A stretch of 64,000 nt of DNA from a virus, in IMG/VR virus record IMGVR_UViG_3300045988_179014, positions 192,001 to 256,000 of that record; one strand, given 5' to 3'. The number at the start of each line of letters is the position of its first letter. The stretch's first letter is position 1. The position numbers and the translations under genes are program-made. The notes beneath the pieces are model-generated. The model searched no databases. It saw only the letters and a list, made by a program, of their open reading frames with translations, and was not told the origin of the DNA. Positions 1 through 9,410 of the stretch are shown here, piece by piece.

Positions 1-213
1 CTGCTACAATCACTTTTTCTTTGAGTGATTCCGAAAGCGATAGTGGATTATGCTGGGAATCAATGGTCATTATGGGTTCCTATCTTCAACGATGCTTAAA
101 CACCAAAACCTGCGTATTCAGTTTTTGGATGAAAAAGAGAGGGCAGGATTTTCTAACACCCATCCCTCTCTTCACGATTTCATATTACCAAATTTAGTTC
201 ATCACATTTGCAT

Positions 214-816
214 TTACTTCAAGTCGCTATTGCTTCCGAATGCTACAGCACTAACACTGGATTTATGGGTTTGACAAGCAGGAAGACCAAAAACGCCAAA
301 AAAGTTTGTTGATGTGGTGTAAACATCTGCTGAAATTACTCTATAAACATTACCGTTCAAAGAATGTTGAGGAATCGCCCCATTTCCTTCAATTGTCCAT
401 GTACTGGTAACTTGTTTCTTGGCTCCACGTTCCGTTCCTAAAGTCACCACAATATATGGCATTTTTCGTTTCACACCATTGACGACAGCAGTGGAACACG
501 CTTCCGAATTGTACACTTGAGTTTCCGCTGTGCTACCATCAGGTTTCAGTCCATACTGAGTGCGATACTCTCGTACAAAAGCTGATACGGCCTGATTTCC
601 CAAACTACCAGTTGAATTCACTGATTTCACACCAGTTTCAACAGCTGTTTGTGCCATGGAAGCATAAGCACGGTCTGCATTCACTGATTTAGCGGTATCA
701 ACAACAAAACCCATGGTAAGAACAAACAACGGAATAGCCAACAAGAACACCACTAAAACACTGTCACCACGGTCAGAGCGTAATCTAGCTTTCAAACGGT
801 TCATCATTGTTCTCAC
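214..816 (-). CDS. TadE/TadG-like pseudopilin (Flp-pilus assembly family) protein
   Basis: N-terminus R-S-D-R-G-D-S-V-L-V-V-F-L-L-A-I-P-L-F-V-L fits the TadE-like motif (RG..vEfAl..P + hydrophobic helix). Translationally coupled to the upstream paralog (ATGA overlap). Confidence 0.6.
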   Translation of the reverse strand: MRTMMNRLKARLRSDRGDSVLVVFLLAIPLFVLTMGFVVDTAKSVNADRAYASMAQTAVETGVKSVNSTGSLGNQAVSAFVREYRTQYGLKPDGSTAETQVYNSEACSTAVVNGVKRKMPYIVVTLGTERGAKKQVTSTWTIEGNGAIPQHSLNGNVYRVISADVYTTSTNFFGVFGLPACQTHKSSVSAVAFGSNSDLK

Positions 817-1370
817 CTTTTGACAAGACTTGACTGGTCTAATTTTACTTCAGATTCAGCAGAACCCGCTGTGACACTCACATTGTCTTTGCGTACAATG
901 GAGAAAAATGAACCGGCAATACCACCATATTCCCACTGCACTTCACAAGTGACTCGTTGTCCAATGAATGTTGTGACATTAGGAGTGCAATTAACACTTT
1001 TAACAGTTGCATTAACAATCCCATTGGACTCATTCAACCCACGAATAATGTTGCATTCAATAGGGGTGGAATTATTGGTGAAAGCATTACTGGCTATACC
1101 ACCACTCAATCCCGTACAGGCAGTTGCTCTACTTTGTCCATATTTTGCTTCGATTGGTGTTCCCATAGTAGCAGTACCATCCCCACCCATGATTGCAACA
1201 GTACGAGCCCCATCACGAGCAACAGATTGAATTTGTGAACGATTGGTGAGATACAAACTAAAATCAACTGCTGTCACAATAAGCATGAACATTATGGGAA
1301 TTACAAAAACAGCTGACACCAACGAATCACCACGGTCAGACTTCAACCGTTTATAGAGTTTTTTAAACAT
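813..1370 (-). CDS. TadE-like pseudopilin paralog
   Basis: N-terminus K-S-D-R-G-D-S-L-V-S-A-V-F-V-I-P-I-M-F-M-L-I-V-T-A-V-D-F then ...I-Q-S-V-A-R-D-G-A-R: classic TadE signature. Confidence 0.6.
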   Translation of the reverse strand: MFKKLYKRLKSDRGDSLVSAVFVIPIMFMLIVTAVDFSLYLTNRSQIQSVARDGARTVAIMGGDGTATMGTPIEAKYGQSRATACTGLSGGIASNAFTNNSTPIECNIIRGLNESNGIVNATVKSVNCTPNVTTFIGQRVTCEVQWEYGGIAGSFFSIVRKDNVSVTAGSAESEVKLDQSSLVKR

Positions 1371-1430
1371 GAAACACGTCCCTGAAGAATAATCGAATCT
1401 AAAGCAGCAATATCAAGGCACAATAAACAT

Positions 1431-2291
1431 TTATGCAAACTGCCTCAATTGTTCATTCTCGGCACGTAATTTACGAATTTCATCCATATAGTTGACACAT
1501 TGTGAGCATTCATAAATAGCGGGCGGAGTACCCCAACCATTGTTTGCCACTTCAATAATTGACACATAGAATCGACGTTTGGCATCAAGACTCATATGTG
1601 CATCAGCTGTGGAGTTGGGCTCTAAACCAAAAATCATCATACGAAGATAGTCGCTGGATGAAATACACAAACGCTGTGCTCGCCATTTGACGGTTTCTGC
1701 TTCAGGCATTGACATACGTCCTGATAACCGGTTGTTTCGTTTCTCATTCTGAGCTACTAAACGATTGAGTTGAGCATTGATTTCAGCAATACGATTAGCA
1801 TATAGAGCCACCTCGTCTGCATCGTCCTCTTCATCCATCAACACCGCTAATTCCAATTTCGATTGACGTAAGAAAGACTGATTCTTTACAGTATCCTCTA
1901 TCTCTTTCAAAGTTTTTTCAGCAATTTCGCGCCAACCGTTGATGTCTACAGTTCCCAAAGCGCGATTACGGATGAATTGTGACATTGTAATTTTCTCACC
2001 AGCTGCTTTCACCGCTTTTAGTTCTTGGTCCAATGACACACGTTCCTGAGTGGTGACTGTGATGGACACGCGCTGGTCTAAAGGGGCACCACGTCGTTTC
2101 CGGTTGGAGACTCGCGGTTTCCAGTCTTTGAATAAATCAATCATCTCATTGTAGCCCAGTTCCTCCAAAACCTTGAGTTTGTCGTCAACTGACATAACTT
2201 CTGTTGCTACTGTATAACGGTTGTTGGCATTTTGGGCTTGATGCTCTTTGAAACGTTTGGCAACATTGATACGATGACTGTTAGAACTCAT
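1431..2291 (-). CDS. MobC-like ribbon-helix-helix relaxosome accessory protein (N-terminal RHH, coiled-coil middle, C-terminal CxxC)
   Basis: Segment RVSITVTTQERVSLDQELKAVKAAGEKITMSQFIRNRALG matches the MobC/RHH consensus (R..v.ft.eE...l...A...g.s.s.fiR..alg). Confidence 0.45.
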   Translation of the reverse strand: MSSNSHRINVAKRFKEHQAQNANNRYTVATEVMSVDDKLKVLEELGYNEMIDLFKDWKPRVSNRKRRGAPLDQRVSITVTTQERVSLDQELKAVKAAGEKITMSQFIRNRALGTVDINGWREIAEKTLKEIEDTVKNQSFLRQSKLELAVLMDEEDDADEVALYANRIAEINAQLNRLVAQNEKRNNRLSGRMSMPEAETVKWRAQRLCISSSDYLRMMIFGLEPNSTADAHMSLDAKRRFYVSIIEVANNGWGTPPAIYECSQCVNYMDEIRKLRAENEQLRQFA

Positions 2292-2331
2292 ATTGCCTCT
2301 CCATTGGGTTTGATGCTAGGGAATGTGTGTT

Positions 2332-3150
2332 TTATGAACTGCATTGTTGCAACCCTTTTTCCAGAGCATTTTTATCATTGTTACTGATTGATACGCCATA
2401 TTTACTGGCGGTATTTACCCACATTTTAGAATACGTACACTGAAAATTCTGATTGGGTGGCATATATTCGCCAGGCCCTTTATCTGATTTGGAACGGTTT
2501 TCAGATGCGGAAACTGCCAATAGCTGAGAAGTATCATTGGCGAACTCTTGTTTCTTCTCCACGGACCAGCTTTGACCCCCATGGGAAGCAGCGTAACCCA
2601 ATGGAATCACATGGTCAATGTCCAAAGAACCAGGTTTATCTATGGTTTTGCCACTGTATGGGTCTATCCATGTTCCTGATAAAGGTTTACATGTGGTTGG
2701 GTCTGTTTTTACATCTTGACCTTGATTCTGTAGCACAGTTTCCCGAGTATTACAGGGGGAACCTATCCAATGTTTCCATTCAGAACGTTTGTACTCAACT
2801 TTCTGAGCGTCTGCAACTGGTAGAGCCTCCAATGCCGCCAAGTTCGCATCTTTACTCCCTTCCTGTGACGATGTGCTAGTTGGATTGCTTCCTGTCCCAG
2901 TGTTAGTGGAATTGTCATCATCCTTCATATTTGAGTCAGGTATCGAAGGTTTTGTTTGACAGTTCCATTCCAGACTGCCAGCACCACAACCCCAAACATT
3001 GTCAGACCAACCACGGAAGAAATCATATAGCCCACGAATTGAATTGATGTTGTTGGCTTTGGCAATACCAAACAACGCACCCACCAAAATGACCAATACA
3101 ATTCCACTGACTATAGCGCCTTTGAATCCTCCACTGTTCTTTTTCGCCAT
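2332..3150 (-). CDS. Membrane-anchored extracellular DUF1524 (His-Me finger/HNH-like) nuclease
   Basis: N-terminal TM helix, Ser/Thr/Asn-rich linker, then DIDHVIPLGYAASHGG...SASENRSKSDKGP, characteristic of the DUF1524 nuclease domain. Confidence 0.55.
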   Translation of the reverse strand: MAKKNSGGFKGAIVSGIVLVILVGALFGIAKANNINSIRGLYDFFRGWSDNVWGCGAGSLEWNCQTKPSIPDSNMKDDDNSTNTGTGSNPTSTSSQEGSKDANLAALEALPVADAQKVEYKRSEWKHWIGSPCNTRETVLQNQGQDVKTDPTTCKPLSGTWIDPYSGKTIDKPGSLDIDHVIPLGYAASHGGQSWSVEKKQEFANDTSQLLAVSASENRSKSDKGPGEYMPPNQNFQCTYSKMWVNTASKYGVSISNNDKNALEKGLQQCSS

Positions 3151-3161
3151 TTCAAGACCTC

Positions 3162-4559
3162 TCAGTCAGTTCCAAAAACTAGGTCACCAACATCTGATGA
3201 AAAATTCATGCCAGATGTGGAAAGTACATCCAAGTTGGTAATTTGACTAAACGCTTGAACACGATGAGTATCTCCAGGCATTTGCTCCAAAAACAGTTGA
3301 GCTTGGTCTCCAGCAGTCCATTGAAGCAGAATCCCTAAATCATCATAACTTTGCTTCAATTTGGAACAGTATTCTCGCAGTGTTTCTTCTGTAGGGGCTT
3401 CAACAACGATTCGGTAAGAACCTTCCACCCATGGGGTTTTATCAGCTGCAAGCATCTCCGACAGCCTGTGAATGTCATCCAACGCTTGGGCCACATCAGC
3501 TGGGAAACTATCAACGGCAGAATCCAAAGAGTTCTGTGCTGCTGAAATGTTTTCCAATTCGTCTTTCTGCTCTTTCTTCTTCTTTTCCAATTCCAGTTTC
3601 ATTTTCTGGTTTGGATGTAATGTGAATCGGGAGTAACAGGTAAATGGAGCGCCTAAACGCGAAGGAAAATACAGGAAGGGAATACCCGCAGGATAATAAA
3701 TGTCTTTGGGGAATTTGGCGAAACTCAAAGTAGCACGATAACCTGACACTTCAACATCATCAAACATCTGAGTAATTTTCAACCAACGGTACTTGTTCTC
3801 AATGGCCGAACCCACTTCAAGGTCAATATCTCCAGGGCCAATCCGGTTTTCGTGGTCAACATCAAGATATGGTGCAGGCATGGCAGGGTAGAATTGCCGT
3901 TTTATTAACAGTAGAATTTCTTCGGATGTGACTCGTTGTGCTTTGAGATGACCAATTGACAAAATACGGAAAAGCTCTTCTTCCTTTTTCCGTGCATCAT
4001 TTTCTTCTTGTGCTGACACTGCTTCAGTAGGTGTCTGAATTATTGTGTCCATCCATGTTTTGAGGGTTTCCATAGCGCCCTTGAAGCCGCTTTCGAAAAC
4101 ATTCAATCCAGCCATGTTCAAAGCGCCACGTTTACCTAAATTAACGCCCAGGAAAGTCATTTTCTTCATATATTGACGGTTTTTCAGATACATGATTTGC
4201 TCTTCAACGTATCGTTCAAAACCAGGACCTGTTTTCCAATCTTTTGAAACTTCTTTTATCTGTTCAGCCCAGGCGTCAACATCTACTGGTGCTGATGTGA
4301 TAATGAGCTGGCATTCGATTGGTTCTTGTTTTTCTGTCATGAGGTTGTTGAAAGCATTGGAAATTCTCATGGCCAAAGCAACTTTTTGCTCAGATGACAG
4401 AAAATCATAAACATTGTTGCTCAACTGGTAATAAGCATAACTATCAGTTTGACTGAATACAATATTGTCAATTACTGCAACAGCTGAAATACCTAACCTT
4501 TTACGATTGTTGGACGACTTGTTCTTTTTGTTTTTCTCGGTCGTCTTTGTGGTTGCCAT
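3162..4559 (-). CDS. Hypothetical protein, 465 aa (basic N-terminus; no HUH/relaxase or Walker motifs seen)
   Basis: Long ORF, same strand as its neighbours, good coding texture. Confidence 0.4.
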   Translation of the reverse strand: MATTKTTEKNKKNKSSNNRKRLGISAVAVIDNIVFSQTDSYAYYQLSNNVYDFLSSEQKVALAMRISNAFNNLMTEKQEPIECQLIITSAPVDVDAWAEQIKEVSKDWKTGPGFERYVEEQIMYLKNRQYMKKMTFLGVNLGKRGALNMAGLNVFESGFKGAMETLKTWMDTIIQTPTEAVSAQEENDARKKEEELFRILSIGHLKAQRVTSEEILLLIKRQFYPAMPAPYLDVDHENRIGPGDIDLEVGSAIENKYRWLKITQMFDDVEVSGYRATLSFAKFPKDIYYPAGIPFLYFPSRLGAPFTCYSRFTLHPNQKMKLELEKKKKEQKDELENISAAQNSLDSAVDSFPADVAQALDDIHRLSEMLAADKTPWVEGSYRIVVEAPTEETLREYCSKLKQSYDDLGILLQWTAGDQAQLFLEQMPGDTHRVQAFSQITNLDVLSTSGMNFSSDVGDLVFGTD

Positions 4560-4651
4560 TAATTCTCCTTGCAGAATTGCGCGAACATATGCTGTACTCT
4601 ATACGGGTCAATATCAACTTAAGCGCACACCTATAAACATTTGTATACAAC

Positions 4652-4682
4652 AAAAGAGGCAGGTTTAACACCTGCCTCTTTT
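4652..4682. terminator. Rho-independent terminator hairpin (13 bp perfect stem aaaagaggcaggt / acctgcctctttt, 5-nt loop), bidirectional
   Basis: Perfect inverted repeat followed by a T-run on both strands; sits just downstream of the minus-strand gene 4711-5070. Confidence 0.6.
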
Positions 4683-4710
4683 GCCCTTCTCCAGTGGTCA
4701 GTAGGAAAAA

Positions 4711-5070
4711 TCAATCGGAGAAGTTGTTAGGTAGTTCTGCAAAAGATACTCCAGGTACAGTAACAAGATTTGCACTATTCACCATGTTGATGTCTTTAGC
4801 AGCATTCTTAGCAACGCCAGTCAAACCAGAATCCTTGTTACCAAAGATTTCAGAACCAGCGAAGATTAGAACACCAACCACAGCCGCAATACCAACGAAT
4901 GCCAACAATTTCATCCAAGCACGGTCTTTAAGGAAAAAAATAGCAAAGATAGCAACTGCTGCCAAATAGATAGGGGTGAGCCAGCCTTTAAGGACATTGT
5001 TCCACAAGTCAACAAGACCCGCAGCTGGAATCTCAATTGTCATTTGTTGTAAAGTGTTGAAAATTTCCAT
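4711..5070 (-). CDS. Small two-TM membrane protein (possible pilin/VirB2-like)
   Basis: Two hydrophobic helices (IYLAAVAIFAIFFL and LLAFVGIAAVVGVLIFAG); the pilin assignment is speculative. Confidence 0.35.
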   Translation of the reverse strand: MEIFNTLQQMTIEIPAAGLVDLWNNVLKGWLTPIYLAAVAIFAIFFLKDRAWMKLLAFVGIAAVVGVLIFAGSEIFGNKDSGLTGVAKNAAKDINMVNSANLVTVPGVSFAELPNNFSD

Positions 5071-5183
5071 TGTTCCTGCTCCATGTAGAAGGTTTATTTA
5101 AATCAGATGCAACATCTTTTCTAATTGTTGTAAACTCAATTCTGTTTGCAATATCGAAATGATTGCTGTTTAAACAAAACAAT

Positions 5184-6923
5184 TTATCGTGGCGAACTTG
5201 ATGAACTGGGTTTGCTTTCAGATGATGGTTCTGATGATGTTGCTTCCCCTTCTTTGGCTACATAAAATTGTGGAGAGAATTTGGATACCAAGTATTTTCC
5301 ATTTGCTTGTTTAACCAGTGTCATCACATATGTGGATGTGTATTCCAAACGTGCTGCGGAATCTGCTGTTCCCAATGAAGTACGCCAATTTACACGTACA
5401 CTAACTTTGACCATACTTGGGTCATTAGTTGGATATGCTTCATATTTGACTGCATCATTCATGTCCCCAGCAAATGTGTACGTACCATTTAAACCTTTGA
5501 GCAGTTCAACTGGTGGATTAGTGACAACATATTGGTCTAAAGTCGTATGATTAGATGGAGAGGATTTGGCATAACCCTCCAAGAATCCATAAACCACGGA
5601 TTGCAATGATTTGGCCAATGCTTGGTCAGATTCTCCCGTCCCTAATGGAGCTGAAGAGGGAATTTCAGAACTTTGACCCACTTCTGCTGCTGGAACCACT
5701 GTTGGGGAATCCTTGGTGATGGAGAAATTCCCGGACCCAGCATTGTAGTAAACATTCACATTGAAGAATTGCCAACGAGGTTGTGTACCCGCAGGAGTGT
5801 CGCCAGCCGCCAAAGCAGGCTGTACAAGAGCCCCAATGGTGTACCGAGCTGAATAATCAGTCAATGCTTTAGACTCGTACACTGTAGGGCCGTATAGAAT
5901 AGTTTGTTGGAAACCTTTTGCAGCAGTTCTGTTCTCATTGTCCCCGTTACCCATGGTGCCACTGTAGTAATACCCCAATACCTGTTGAGACACAGAATCC
6001 GAATTAACCGTGAGATAAGCCTTCATGAAATCGGTTGCAAATCCACGACCTGACTCCAAAGGAAAGTTAGTCAAACCAGTGGTATCTTTCACTATTTCCT
6101 GTATTTCAGCTGGAGTAACGGAATCTGCTGGGAAGAATGTTTTATAACCACCAAAACCAACAACAAGAAGAATCGCCCCAACAAAAATCGACTGCATTAT
6201 TTTACGGTTTTTCTGAAGATTCTTTCTGGGGTCCAAGTCGTGTTCTTTAATTTTTCGACCACCAAAAGGTTTCAGTTGTTTCTTCTTCTTGTCAATGAAA
6301 ACATTTTGACTATTATCGTCTTTTTCATTCTCATTGGTTGTTTTATTGGAAGCAGTTTTAGATGCACGTTTACCAAACAATTTCTTTTTAGTTGGTTGGG
6401 GTTCTTCCTCTGACAGGTCATCATCCAATGATTCAGATTCCAACATGTCATCATCTTCTGGCAGAACCGTTGAAACTGTGATAGGTTTTTGAGCTTCCCG
6501 AGCACGTCTTTGTTGTCTAGCGAATCGGCTTTGACGTGCTTGTTCAGCAGCTTCCTCTTCTTCCCATTCCAATTGCTCCTCAACAGACATGTCAACAAAA
6601 GTATCGTCTTCAGGCCCATCATAAGAATTAGCAACTGGAGGGCGTTGTGAGGACCATTTCAATCGTTCATATGCCATTCCGCGTTCATCAAAATCATACT
6701 GGTCAACATGAGTAGGGCGCCCTAATGCGATGTCAGGATTTTGTGTATTATTGGATTTATTGTTTGTGGGCATTCCCTGAATAGGAGGTAAACTCGCCTC
6801 ATCATCCATGGACGTTCTTGAGGATGGTTGTACAGGCATTCTGTTACCAGTAGCACGACTCATTGGACTGGTTCGCTGGTTTCTCCCTGGTACATTGTTT
6901 GGAAGTGGCATCAATAGCTCCAA
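5184..6923 (-). CDS. Membrane protein with charged low-complexity N-terminal region, single TM and a large extracytoplasmic domain (TcpC-like conjugation protein?)
   Basis: ~230 aa D/E/K-rich N-terminus, TM IFVGAILLVVGFGGY, C-terminal globular domain. The TcpC-like call rests only on architecture and position next to the ATPase. Confidence 0.35.
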   Translation of the reverse strand: MELLMPLPNNVPGRNQRTSPMSRATGNRMPVQPSSRTSMDDEASLPPIQGMPTNNKSNNTQNPDIALGRPTHVDQYDFDERGMAYERLKWSSQRPPVANSYDGPEDDTFVDMSVEEQLEWEEEEAAEQARQSRFARQQRRAREAQKPITVSTVLPEDDDMLESESLDDDLSEEEPQPTKKKLFGKRASKTASNKTTNENEKDDNSQNVFIDKKKKQLKPFGGRKIKEHDLDPRKNLQKNRKIMQSIFVGAILLVVGFGGYKTFFPADSVTPAEIQEIVKDTTGLTNFPLESGRGFATDFMKAYLTVNSDSVSQQVLGYYYSGTMGNGDNENRTAAKGFQQTILYGPTVYESKALTDYSARYTIGALVQPALAAGDTPAGTQPRWQFFNVNVYYNAGSGNFSITKDSPTVVPAAEVGQSSEIPSSAPLGTGESDQALAKSLQSVVYGFLEGYAKSSPSNHTTLDQYVVTNPPVELLKGLNGTYTFAGDMNDAVKYEAYPTNDPSMVKVSVRVNWRTSLGTADSAARLEYTSTYVMTLVKQANGKYLVSKFSPQFYVAKEGEATSSEPSSESKPSSSSSPR

Positions 6924-6976
6924 TTGCTTGGTTTATTAGGCTAATGGCAATATCAATACCTAATACCAGCAAAACA

Positions 6977-9391
6977 TCACATCAAATCATGCAAATCGGG
7001 CAATGCCTCTTCCTCATCTTCCTGCACTGGAATTGATTTAACAGAATGCGAATCAGGTCGCGTCTGACGTATTTCAGGTTTGTAGTTCGAATCATTGAAC
7101 AATGCTTTAAAACTACTTGTTTCCAATGCTGACCTAGATGTACGTGATGAAGCATTGGTCATATTCTTTGCGGTTTGAGAAGAACGAACAACAGGTAATG
7201 GTTTGTCAACAGGTATTGAAAGAACGTCCCGCATATCCGGGTCTAGCTCATCATCCAACGATTCAAAACCAAACCCGCCATCTTCATCTTCTTCTGACAT
7301 CTGGATTGTGTCATATTCATTCATTGAACTGTTACCAGTATATAATGCCGCCAGAGGATGTTCGCTTTCTTCAGAAGATAACATATTCTGTTGTTCCGGA
7401 CCTGGCAACGTGTTCAATGCTGAATCTGTTTTCTCCAATGAAACAGAAACGGTATCTGACTCATCATGACCAATGGAATCAAATTTTGGTTCATAATAGT
7501 TCGCAATGACTTTATCATCCGGAATCATCCAAACTTTCCGTACCAATGCCCCACCTTCATGATTCCGATATCGTGGGTCATCTGGTGATTTGTTGATGAC
7601 AATAGCTGTAGCGCGATAATTGTTTGTTGAGGTTGGAGCACTCAAATTCATGAAAGCCTGAGTGGGCACAATCCAACGTTCCTCTTCACGTGATTGAACA
7701 GTTTGGTTACGACGATTACGCCAATTGCTTGAAAAGAGGAATGTACGATTGTTGTTGGCTTGACTGTAAACAGTGACCATATGTTTCCCAGAAATTTTGG
7801 ACAGTCTGGTAGCCGAATCCTCTGTCGCTCCGCTGTGAACGATAAAGTTGGAACATGTATCCATGATTCCCAACAAATATGCTTCCCCATTGTGTTCAGC
7901 AGCCGCAATTATTTGTTCAAAAGATTGTGAAGACAAAGTCATGGCAATTTTTGATTCACGAGACTTTTCCAACAATGAGGTAACTGCTGTTGGTGGTACT
8001 GCTTGAAACTCATCAATATATACGTTTACTTGGTTTCTGTCTCCAGCATTTCTTCTTCGTGCGGATACAGCATTGAGGTCAGCGAGGATGAGCGACCCCA
8101 TGTAACGCGAGAAGTCTTTTTCCGAGTCAGCATTCAAGGAGAACAGAATCACATTACCCGGCTCTTTCGTCAATTGGTACAAATCAATGGTTCGCGACCC
8201 TTTGGCAGGACGTAACCAACGACCATATTCAGAAGCCATCAATGTGCGCATCTGTCCTTGTAGCGCCCCAAGCTGGCGAGTCAAATCATCAGTACGGTTA
8301 CGAGTTTTCAAAGCAAGATATTCAGCATCTTCTTGAATGTCCGTCCCCTCACATGCTCCTGCCAATTCATCCAAGTTCCCATTGACAGCAGAAGCAATTT
8401 GACAGATGTGTCCATGGTTCCAGTCAATTGATTTGGTTTTGGAACGGTCAGCCAGTCTTAACATGGAAAAAAGAATCTGAAGAATCTGTCTCATATAGCT
8501 TTTGTAGACAGCTGCGGCATTGTCATATTCACGCATGCCCAAAACCATGTCAGCTTTACCAGCACCCCCACTAATCAAAGGGTCATATGTTGCTTGACCT
8601 GGCGATTTAGGAACATCATAACTACCAGGTTCACCATTGACGAAATGATAAAAATTGCATCCATACTCATGAGCCCAAGCAGCAGTTTTGGAAGCCAACT
8701 CAGGAGACCGTTTGAAATCCACAATCACCACTGGCATTTGATTTTTGATGTCATTCAAAATCATTGACAACATGGTAATTGTTTTTCCTGAACCAGCTGA
8801 CCCACTGATAAGAGTTTGTTTCACTGCTTCGGACATATAACGGTAAACGACAGTATCGTTGTCTTCATTCAGTCCTAATGGAGCTTTCTCCTCACTGGCA
8901 AAACTGCCATCCTTCAATTTTTGAATATTCTTGTTACGTTTGAACAATTCAAAAGGTGTTCTGCGATACCGGAAATTATACAACCAACTTCCCTGCAATT
9001 TGAGTTTGTGAGGATTGTTTTTTATCTGTTGAACTTGTACAAAACTGAGAACAAAACCAAATGGACCTGCCAACATGAGATTCACAAGCAACATGGCTGG
9101 AATCATTTCTGTCCAAGTTTCCATAATAGTGGATAGATTATTGAATACTGACAGAAAACGATTCAAGGCATTGGTAGAGGCCCAGACAATCGCCAATACA
9201 ATTTCATATATGAGGATGATTGTAGTGATAACTGATAACTTTTGACGCCCCCACCGTAGCAACAAATAAAAACTGTAACCTACTACAACAGCTGGTAAAA
9301 AAATGATACCAAGCAGGACTAGCAAACCCCATTCGTTGCCGTCCCCGTCCTTGTCATCTTTTTTCTCTTGCTCTGGCCCCAAAAGTAACAC
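6977..9391 (-). CDS. Membrane-anchored P-loop ATPase, FtsK/TcpA or VirD4/TraG-like type IV coupling protein
   Basis: Three N-terminal TM helices, Walker A SGSAGSGKT, Walker B VYIDEFQ, acidic low-complexity C-terminal tail. Confidence 0.55.
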   Translation of the reverse strand: MLLLGPEQEKKDDKDGDGNEWGLLVLLGIIFLPAVVVGYSFYLLLRWGRQKLSVITTIILIYEIVLAIVWASTNALNRFLSVFNNLSTIMETWTEMIPAMLLVNLMLAGPFGFVLSFVQVQQIKNNPHKLKLQGSWLYNFRYRRTPFELFKRNKNIQKLKDGSFASEEKAPLGLNEDNDTVVYRYMSEAVKQTLISGSAGSGKTITMLSMILNDIKNQMPVVIVDFKRSPELASKTAAWAHEYGCNFYHFVNGEPGSYDVPKSPGQATYDPLISGGAGKADMVLGMREYDNAAAVYKSYMRQILQILFSMLRLADRSKTKSIDWNHGHICQIASAVNGNLDELAGACEGTDIQEDAEYLALKTRNRTDDLTRQLGALQGQMRTLMASEYGRWLRPAKGSRTIDLYQLTKEPGNVILFSLNADSEKDFSRYMGSLILADLNAVSARRRNAGDRNQVNVYIDEFQAVPPTAVTSLLEKSRESKIAMTLSSQSFEQIIAAAEHNGEAYLLGIMDTCSNFIVHSGATEDSATRLSKISGKHMVTVYSQANNNRTFLFSSNWRNRRNQTVQSREEERWIVPTQAFMNLSAPTSTNNYRATAIVINKSPDDPRYRNHEGGALVRKVWMIPDDKVIANYYEPKFDSIGHDESDTVSVSLEKTDSALNTLPGPEQQNMLSSEESEHPLAALYTGNSSMNEYDTIQMSEEDEDGGFGFESLDDELDPDMRDVLSIPVDKPLPVVRSSQTAKNMTNASSRTSRSALETSSFKALFNDSNYKPEIRQTRPDSHSVKSIPVQEDEEEALPDLHDLM

Positions 9392-9410
9392 TATCGTTTC
9401 CTCCGTTGTT

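Noticed and set aside
50-274. ORF 50-274 (+) at the left edge
   Set aside because: It overlaps the 3' end of the TadE-like gene on the other strand, and there is no RBS or motif support.
820-1238. Plus-strand ORFs (820-1230, 957-1238, and many similar ones such as 2457-2879, 7138-7509, 10165-10605, 25336-25983, 26332-26604, 32030-32221, 55336-56271) lying inside long minus-strand genes
   Set aside because: Each lies fully within a longer, motif-supported gene on the opposite strand. They have low-complexity or Cys/Ser-rich translations typical of antisense frames and no independent start context. Treated as spurious.
3162-4559. Calling the 465-aa protein a relaxase because it sits between MobC-like and coupling-protein genes
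   Set aside because: No HUH (His-hydrophobic-His) motif, no N-terminal catalytic Tyr pattern, and no Walker motifs were found, so it is left hypothetical.
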